A stretch of DNA of 64,000 nucleotides from Eledone cirrhosa (lineage: Eukaryota): positions 40,734,001 to 40,798,000 of the forward strand of contig OZ024751.1 in NCBI GenBank assembly GCA_964016885.1, read 5' to 3'. Made by a program: the position numbers and the translations under genes. Position 1 is the stretch's first letter, and each line of letters starts with the position of its first letter. The notes under the pieces are model-generated. The model searched no databases. It was not told where the DNA came from and saw only the letters and a list, made by a program, of their open reading frames with translations. This document shows, one piece after another, positions 55,001 through 64,000 of the stretch.

Positions 55001-55659
55001 CTGACACACACACACATACACATACACACATACGCTGACACACATACACATACACACACGTACACACACATACACACACATCACTTCTATTGGTAAGAAG
55101 TTTAAATATTTAAGCGTTAAACATCTGTAAAAAGAAGAAGAACTAGAGTTTGTTGTGTTTTCACATGTGTTAGGATGTCAGTGTTTTGTGAGGAAGATTG
55201 GATTGACAACTCTGTCAAAACTTTCTCCCTAATTCTTCTTGACAAGTACTCTTTCAGTAACTTCTTTTTTCCCCCTTTCACACAACACCAACACTCACTT
55301 CTTATATTTGGGTTTATAAATTAAAGTACAGACGACTCCATCCCTCCCTCCCTCTCTAAAAAGTCCCGACCCTAAAAAATAACAACAAAACAAAAACAAA
55401 ATAAAACAAAACAAAACAAAACAAAACTAACAGAATTGATATGGGTAACAGAAATAATTGTTTCTACTTTTAGCACAAGGCCAGCAATTATTCCAGTGTA
55501 TTACTGGTACTTTATTTTATCGACCCCGTAAGGATGAAAGCAAAGTTAACCTCGGCGGGATCAGAAATAATGGTGTCTCTTTAAGTACACAGTCAGTCGC
55601 GAGGAAGGGGCCAGTAAATATATTATTACTATCTTTAGGGTTCCATTGATATGCCTTAA

Positions 55660-55921
55660 CAGGGGGCGGTGGAAGTATTTCTGAATTTGGGGAGGGGGGG
55701 CGGGGGGCAAATTTAGTCAATTTAGTTGTAGTGATTAGTTTAACTGTTATTATTAGATATCAACCAAGATATAAAAAACTTCGATATGTGATAAACATAA
55801 GATGTATATAAATTGCAGCGCATATACATATAGATGTCTGTTTTGGTAGTTTGGGGAGATAAATATAATTTGGGGGGGGGGGGGGGGGGGTCATGACCTC
55901 CTGCTAGTTTCACAGCCCCTG
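55660..55921. mobile_element. Possible MITE
   Basis: Termini cagggggcggtggaa / tttcacagcccctg are imperfect inverted repeats; internal G tracts; TSD unclear. Confidence 0.4.
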
Positions 55922-56660
55922 CTTAATAGTTATAGTTAGTTTGAAGGAGACTAACGGGATGTTTTATTACTAGGTTCTATCTAAACGTTAGTAACGAACG
56001 TGAAGTGAAACTGTCTTGTATTAGTTTCGTTAGAAACTTAGATTCGATGAGGTTTGTTCGTGGTTGCGAATATTATTGATTTCCTTAGTTAGACAGACAG
56101 ACGGATATTTACAGTAGAAGTGAAGTGAATTAACTTTAACACAGGAAACGAAAGCACGCTTCGGATTCAACACAGCTCCGTTGGAACTGCTTTCCTTACA
56201 TTCCTGACACTATTTATTTTTGCATCGCTCGTATTACCCCATTTTTTCTGTCTCTCTCTCTTCTTTCACCTCTCTCTGTCTCTCTTTCTCCCCCTCTTTC
56301 TCTCTATCTCTCGGAAATATTTTCACCTTTATGACATCATTTAATAAATATATCGAGACACAACATTTTCATCACCTTTCGGAACAATTTTACCTTATTT
56401 ACACCTCTAATGTCACAGAAAAAGCCACGAACGTTCCAAAAGCTATGGATCTTCCTTCGTATAAAGGTATCCCATCCATGCATGTTCAGGGAACTTATTT
56501 TACAGTTCTATGCGACTATTCTACAATATAATAGTAGCGAAATAGAAATAAACATGCAAAAAAGATGAAAAAAAAAACAAAGAAAAAATAATAAAATAAA
56601 ATAAATATATAAACTATATAAAGAAAGATTGGTATGATAAAAGAAATGTCTTTTACTTAC

Positions 56661-57108
56661 TTCCAGGTTTTTTAAACATCAAACCCGCTTTAGTTTCCGT
56701 CGGTAGTTGTAGTAACAAGAATAATAAAAACAGCCAAGTATGTATGAACCAGAAGGCGAAGTCTCCAAAACATCTTTTTTGAAAATAGTGAATAGTAGTA
56801 GTAGTAGATTTAATGACATCGTGTTTATAATATGTACAACGACGTAGAGTGGTGGAACACCTATTTATATTGTGATAACTACTAGTATTATCACTATGAT
56901 TGTTATTTTTACCATCTATGTTGGTTCTGTAATAATAATTCTTGGCATTGTTGATAATTTTACTACTCCAGCAGTTAATATAAGATGTCACGTTGGACGA
57001 CTGCATTCGTTCATTATTTGGAGTTAGAGGTTGTATTTTTGTTTTCGCAGCAGTTATAGTCGTCGTTGCTGCAGTTTCAATCGCATGTAGTACTGTGTCC
57101 TTCCTCAT
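56661..57108 (-). CDS. Putative first coding exon of the SRCR-domain gene: long polar N-terminus, then hydrophobic signal/anchor segment
   Basis: ATG at 57108, non-repetitive ORF ending FAFWFIHTWLFLLFLLLQLPTETKAGLMFKKPG, then a canonical donor A|GTAAGT at 56661/56660 (phase 1). Joining to the 14944 acceptor gives A+AC=Asn and reads [12 protein letters not shown]. Linkage across 41.7 kb is inferred from phase and the signal-like segment. Confidence 0.65.
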
Positions 57109-57478
57109 TCTTAAACTGGGATAAAAATCTTGGTTTATTCTCCTCCTCCGACAGCAGCAGTGGCAGGAGAAGTGACAGCAACAAAACTAGCAGCAGCAGC
57201 AGCAGCGACACCACCACCAGTAGCAGCAGCAGTAGCTACACTAGACCATTCGGTGTTTTCCCCCCTTACTTTTTTTGTTGTTGTCTTTTATATTATAACG
57301 GGCTAAGCATGTGGCTGGCTCTTTTGTAGTTGCCTGGCTTGTATAAACTTCTGCCGAACCTCCACAATATATACACTCTTATCACACGCCCAGTGAAGGC
57401 CTTTTCGAATCAATCGCTTCGCCTGCCTGTCTTTCTTTTGCATTCTAACGCGAGTCTTCCGTCAAACTTCCATGTACG

Positions 57479-57547
<69 letters not shown>

Positions 57548-57626
57548 ATAATAATAAAATTGAAGACTAAAATCCAAAGAGGACTCGATAAGGAAAATAT
57601 ATATCAAATATATAAGAACCGTAGAG

Positions 57627-57758
<132 letters not shown>

Positions 57759-57759
57759 A

Positions 57760-57793
<34 letters not shown>

Positions 57794-57836
57794 GCGTGTG
57801 CGCGTGTGTATATATATATATATATAGATATATGTG

Positions 57837-57867
<31 letters not shown>

Positions 57868-57895
57868 ATGTGTATATATATATATATGTGTGTGC

Positions 57896-57967
<72 letters not shown>

Positions 57968-57986
57968 ATATATATATGTATATATA

Positions 57987-58033
<47 letters not shown>

Positions 58034-58308
58034 GTATATAGTAATAAATATATATATATGTATATATATATTTATATTTACATATATATATATATGTATA
58101 TATATATATCTGTCTCTATATATATGTATATATGTATATATATGTATATATATAAATATAAGTATCTATCTCTCCTCTCTCCCTCTATATATATATCTGT
58201 GTATGTGTGTGTGTGTGTGTATATGTTCGTGTGTGTGTATGTGTGTGTGTGTGTGTGTATATGTGTGTGTGCATGTGTGTGTATATATGTGTGTGTGTAT
58301 ATGTATGT

Positions 58309-58347
<39 letters not shown>

Positions 58348-58420
58348 TGTGTATGTGTGTGTATTATGTGTGTGTATTATGTGGAAAAAATCATAAATAA
58401 AGACACATGAACCGGTGAGT

Positions 58421-58500
58421 CGATGATAACACCCGATGATAATACCCGATGATAATACCCGATGATAATACCCGATGATAATACCCGATGATAATACCCG
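58421..58500. repeat. 14-bp tandem repeat (cgatgataataccc)
   Basis: About 5.5 units visible. Confidence 0.9.
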
Positions 58501-58590
58501 TAGTAAATAAGAGAGAAGAGACTTTAACGATGAGATGAGCGAGATTAAAAAGAGGAGAAATGTGTGTATGTGTATGTATGTCTGTGTGTC

Positions 58591-58622
<32 letters not shown>

Positions 58623-59030
58623 TGTGTGTGTGTATGTATGTCTGTCTGTTTGGGACAGAGAGAGAGTGTGTGTGTGTGTGTATGTATGTCTGTGTGTTTG
58701 GGAAAGAGAGAGAGAGAGAGACAGCGTGTGTGTGTGTGTGTGTGTGTGTAGCAGAGAGAGAGAGAGAGAGAGGGGAGAGAGAGAGAGAGCGAGAGAGAGA
58801 GAGGGAGGAGAAATAACGAGGAATAATGATGAGAAGGAAACAAAACAAGTTGAGTGATTGAAGAAAGCAGGATTTGAGAGAATACAAATCAACAAGCTTG
58901 ATGACGTTGTATTGAGAGGTGAGATCTGTTGTACAAGAACGGTACCTGTATATCTGGCTATATATATATGTGTGTATATATATATATATATATGTGAGTG
59001 TATATGTGTGTGTGTATATGTGTGTAAGCG

Positions 59031-59077
<47 letters not shown>

Positions 59078-59180
59078 ATCAGTATGTATAAGTTTCTCTC
59101 TCACTGTTTATATATATATACATATAATATTATATATATATGTGTGCATATATATATATATATATGTGAATATATATATG

Positions 59181-59231
<51 letters not shown>

Positions 59232-59519
59232 AAGTATGACGCCGACGGCAGAGCTCAAGCCGTTTCGACGGCTCACACACACACCAACACACGCACACAC
59301 ACACCAACACACGCACACACATACCAACACACGCACACACACACCAACATACACTGTCACACCACAAATCCTTCGTTATATATTATCTATATGTATACAT
59401 ATATATGTGTGTGTGAATATATGTATATGTATGTATGTATGTGTGTGTATGTATATATGTATGTGTGTATACATATATATCTGTGTTTATGTGTATATAT
59501 ATATGTGTTTGTGTGTATA

Positions 59520-59614
<95 letters not shown>

Positions 59615-59766
59615 TTGTGTTTACAGTATGACAAAGAGAAAAAGACGAGGCGTGTCTCTGTTGTGTTACTTTAGCCAATGTTTTCTGTTTATCTGAGAAT
59701 CTCTTAAGAAGACACGGACAGAGATTAACTGTTTTATACACACACACACACATACACACACACACA

Positions 59767-59819
<53 letters not shown>

Positions 59820-59901
59820 ATATATATATACGTACATATACGTATATATACGTATATATATACGTATATATACGTATATCTATCTATCTATCTATCTATA
59901 T

Positions 59902-59936
<35 letters not shown>

Positions 59937-59938
59937 TA

Positions 59939-59978
<40 letters not shown>

Positions 59979-60099
59979 AGCGAGTAGACCCCGACGGCTG
60001 AGCTCAAGCCTACTAGTTCCTATTACCCACTCTACTACCCTAAGTATTGAGTACTTTGGTGCGTTATGGTCCATCTGGCTCCTTACCACATTTCCTTCG

Positions 60100-60195
<96 letters not shown>

Positions 60196-60270
60196 CCAGG
60201 AAGCTCCAACCGTTAAGGTTGTCTTTTTTCAGGGTATGTCAATATTTATTTATAAAACTAATCTGTATTG

Positions 60271-60336
60271 TATTTTATCTGATGAAAGCGCACCATAATT
60301 TGCCTTGGTGGCCCTTGAAATATGTATAATAAAATA
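60271..60336 (+). ncRNA. Minimal type I hammerhead, family B
   Basis: tattttat-CTGATGA-aagcgcacca..tggtggccctt-GAAA-tatgta-TA-ataaaata. Confidence 0.72.
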
Positions 60337-60510
60337 AATATGGTTTTATAAATATAGTTTCCATTTGTTAATATATTGTATATTTACTCCACTAACTTGT
60401 TGAGTGCTTTATATCAGTTATAAAAAGTTTTAAGCTTGTTGAATCCCAACAAATTAAATATAACCTCTGCATATATATATATACATATATATAAAAAATA
60501 TTATATATAC

Positions 60511-60575
<65 letters not shown>

Positions 60576-60650
60576 TATGTGTGTGTGTTTATATATATAT
60601 ATAATATATATGCGTATATATATACACGTATATATATATAGATATGTGTG

Positions 60651-60684
<34 letters not shown>

Positions 60685-60705
60685 TTATTTTTATTTTATA
60701 GAAGG

Positions 60706-60756
60706 AGCTTCTACAGGACTAGTACTGTTTCATTCAGATGAAATCTTCAGGAAGCT
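60706..60756 (-). ncRNA. Complete type I hammerhead ribozyme, family C
   Basis: Minus: agcttc-CTGAAGA-tttc(atct)gaat-GAAA-cag(tactagtc)ctg-TA-gaagct; all three stems pair; cleavage triplet GUA. Confidence 0.85.
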
Positions 60757-61095
60757 GGGTGTCATATTAAGTTCTGGTATTTATACATATATATATATAT
60801 ACATATATATGTGTATGTGTGTTTGATATTTTGGCTGGGAAGCAGTGGTGGTGGTGGTGGTGGTGGTGGTGAAGTGGTGGTGGTGGTGGTGCTAGTGGTG
60901 GTGGCGGTGGTAGTGGTGGTGGTGGCGGTGCTAGTGGTGGTGGTGGTGAGGTGATAAACGTTTGGCAGGCTTTTATTCTACTTTCTTTCCTTCTTTTCTT
61001 CTTTACCTTTCTATTTCTTACTTTCTCACACTCAGGTGTTATCTGTGTTCTGTGCTGAAGTTTGAAAAATTTACTACTTTAATATAATCCCTTTC

Positions 61096-61183
61096 GCTGC
61101 TACTGCTACTGCTACTGCTACTACTAGTACTACTACTACTGCTACTACTACTACTACTACTACTGCTACTACTACTACTACTG

Positions 61184-61221
<38 letters not shown>

Positions 61222-61279
61222 GCTGCTGGTGCTACTACTACTACTACTACTACTACTACTGCTACTACTGCTGCTGGTG

Positions 61280-61320
<41 letters not shown>

Positions 61321-61327
61321 GCTGGTG

Positions 61328-61389
<62 letters not shown>

Positions 61390-61450
61390 GCTGCTACTAC
61401 TACTACTACTTCTACTACTACTACTATTACTGCTGCTGCTGCTGCTGCTG

Positions 61451-61501
<51 letters not shown>

Positions 61502-61520
61502 ATACTACTACTACTACTAT

Positions 61521-61580
<60 letters not shown>

Positions 61581-61616
61581 CACAGTCACTACTACTACTA
61601 CTGCTGCTGCTGCTGA

Positions 61617-61648
<32 letters not shown>

Positions 61649-61649
61649 T

Positions 61650-61715
<66 letters not shown>

Positions 61716-61738
61716 CACCACTACTACTACCACCGTCT

Positions 61739-61791
<53 letters not shown>

Positions 61792-61793
61792 GT

Positions 61794-61856
<63 letters not shown>

Positions 61857-61859
61857 CGT

Positions 61860-61913
<54 letters not shown>

Positions 61914-61921
61914 CGCTGCTG

Positions 61922-62002
<81 letters not shown>

Positions 62003-62030
62003 ACCACCCCCACTACTACTACTACTACGG
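61096..62030. repeat. (ACT)n/(GCT)n microsatellite
   Basis: Directly visible. Confidence 0.97.
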
Positions 62031-62099
62031 CTACGCAAGGGATTTGGTAAGCCTTGAATCCCTTTCGTCAGGGACACTGACCGGAGGCTTTGGTTAAGG

Positions 62100-62880
62100 T
62101 GGTGAAGGAGTGGTGGTGGTGGTGGCTGAGGAGGTGGTGGACGGAGTGGTGGTGGTGGTGGTGGACGGAGTGGTGGTGGTGGTGGTTGACGGAGTGGTGG
62201 ACGGAGTGGTGGTGGTGGTGGTGGACGGAGTGGTGGTGGTGGTGGTTGAGGAGGGGGTGGACGGAGTGGTGGTGGTGGTGGTGGAAGGAGTGGTGGTGGT
62301 GGTGGTTGAGGAGGTGGTGGACGGAGTGGGAGTGGTGGTAGTGGACGGAGTGGTGGTGGTGGTTGAGGAGGTGGTGGACGGAGTGGTGGTGGTGGTAGTG
62401 GACGGAGTGGTGGTGGTGGTGGTTGAGGAGGTGGTGGACGGAGTGGTGGTGGTGGTGGTGGACGGAGTGGTGGTGGTGGTGGTTGAGGAGGTGGTGGACG
62501 GAGTGGTGGTGGTGGTGGTGGTTGAGGAGGTGGTGGACGGAGTGGTGGTGGTGGTGGTGGACGGAGTGGTGGTGGTGGTGGTTGAGGAGGTGGTGGACAG
62601 AGTGGTGGTGGTGGTGGTGGAGGGGGTGGACAGAGTGGTGGTGGTGGTGGTGGACGGAGTGGTGGTGGTGGTGGTTGACGGAGTGGTGGACGGAGTGGTG
62701 GTGGTGGTGGTGGACGGAGTGGTGGTGGTGGTGGTTGAGGAGGTGGTGGACGGAGTGGTGGTGGTGGTGGTGGACGGAGTGGTGGTGGTGGTGGTTGAGG
62801 AGGTGGTGGACGGAGTGGTGGTGGTGGTGGTGGACGGAGTGGTGGTGGTGGTGGTTGAGGAGGTGGTGGACGGAGTGGTA
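62100..62880. repeat. GGT-rich minisatellite (gacggagtggtggtggtggtg..)
   Basis: Directly visible. Confidence 0.95.
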
Positions 62881-62979
62881 TGAAAACTATACCAAGAGGG
62901 ACCAGTCCATATTGTGTTCGTTGCTGGTGTTAAAAACAACATCCATTTATAGATTTATGGGGGACATTTGACAATGCTC

Positions 62980-63172
62980 GTACATATACAGACACATACA
63001 CATACACACATACATATACATATAAATACATACACACACAAACACATATATACATAAACACATATATACATACACACACACCCACACACATATATATATT
63101 ATATAAATATATATATATATATAAATACATATACACACAAACACATATACACATAAACACATATATACACAT

Positions 63173-63207
<35 letters not shown>

Positions 63208-64000
63208 CATATACACACAAGCACATATGCACATAAATACATATACACATACATACATATATATATATATACACACACATGTACACACATATGCACACGC
63301 ATAAACACATAAACACATAAATACATATACACATAGACATACATACATATACACATAAACACATAAACACATAAATACATAAATACATGGACATAAATAC
63401 ATATACACATAAATACATAGACATAAACACATAGAAACAAAAAAAAAAAAAATATATATATATATAAATACATAAATACATAGACATAAATACATATACA
63501 CATAAATACATATACTCATAAACATATATATACATATATATAAATACATATACACACAAACACATAAACACATAAATACACATACACATAAATACATAAA
63601 TACATAGACATAAATACATAATATACACATAAATACATATATATAAACACTTATAAAGATAAAAATATATAAACACAATCATTTAAATACGTAGACATAT
63701 ATATATATATATATAAACAAACACATTTAAACACATGTAGAGAGAAACACACACATAAATATATATAGAAGCATATAGATCAACTTATACATATAAACAC
63801 GTGTATAGAAATATAGACATAAACACATAAACACATATTTAAACACATGTGGACAGAAGTACACAGATAGTATCACATAAATATGTCATAAACACAAACA
63901 TACACATTTGTAGATATATACATAAACACATAGATACATAGACCTAAACACATAGATATATATAGACATAAACATATATATAGACAAAAACATATAGATA
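62980..64000. repeat. Degenerate CA/TA-rich low-complexity repeat (acataaatacat..)
   Basis: Directly visible. Confidence 0.85.

Overview
AT-rich, microsatellite-saturated animal DNA. The SINE and microsatellite landscape suggests a cephalopod such as Octopus (inference). One protein-coding gene runs on the minus strand: six phase-compatible exons (57108 to 1176, 1726 nt, continuing past the window start) encoding a long N-terminus with a hydrophobic signal or anchor segment, then four SRCR domains (DMBT1/scavenger-receptor-like). The inferred first intron is about 41.7 kb. The introns hold tRNA-derived SINEs, an internally deleted mariner with ~103-bp TIRs, MITEs, decayed Penelope-like (RT + GIY-YIG), RTE and R4/Dong-like retroelement fragments, and many minisatellites. 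The most notable signal is a set of type I hammerhead ribozyme (HHR) elements. At 12.0-14.06 kb there is a near-identical 310-bp tandem array with one minimal HHR per unit, resembling a non-LTR retrozyme; it switches orientation midway and is flanked by (TA)n. At least four other dispersed HHR-bearing families and several long fold-back insertions occur, almost all inside (TA)n tracts. All structures were read by eye, with no folding software or database search.
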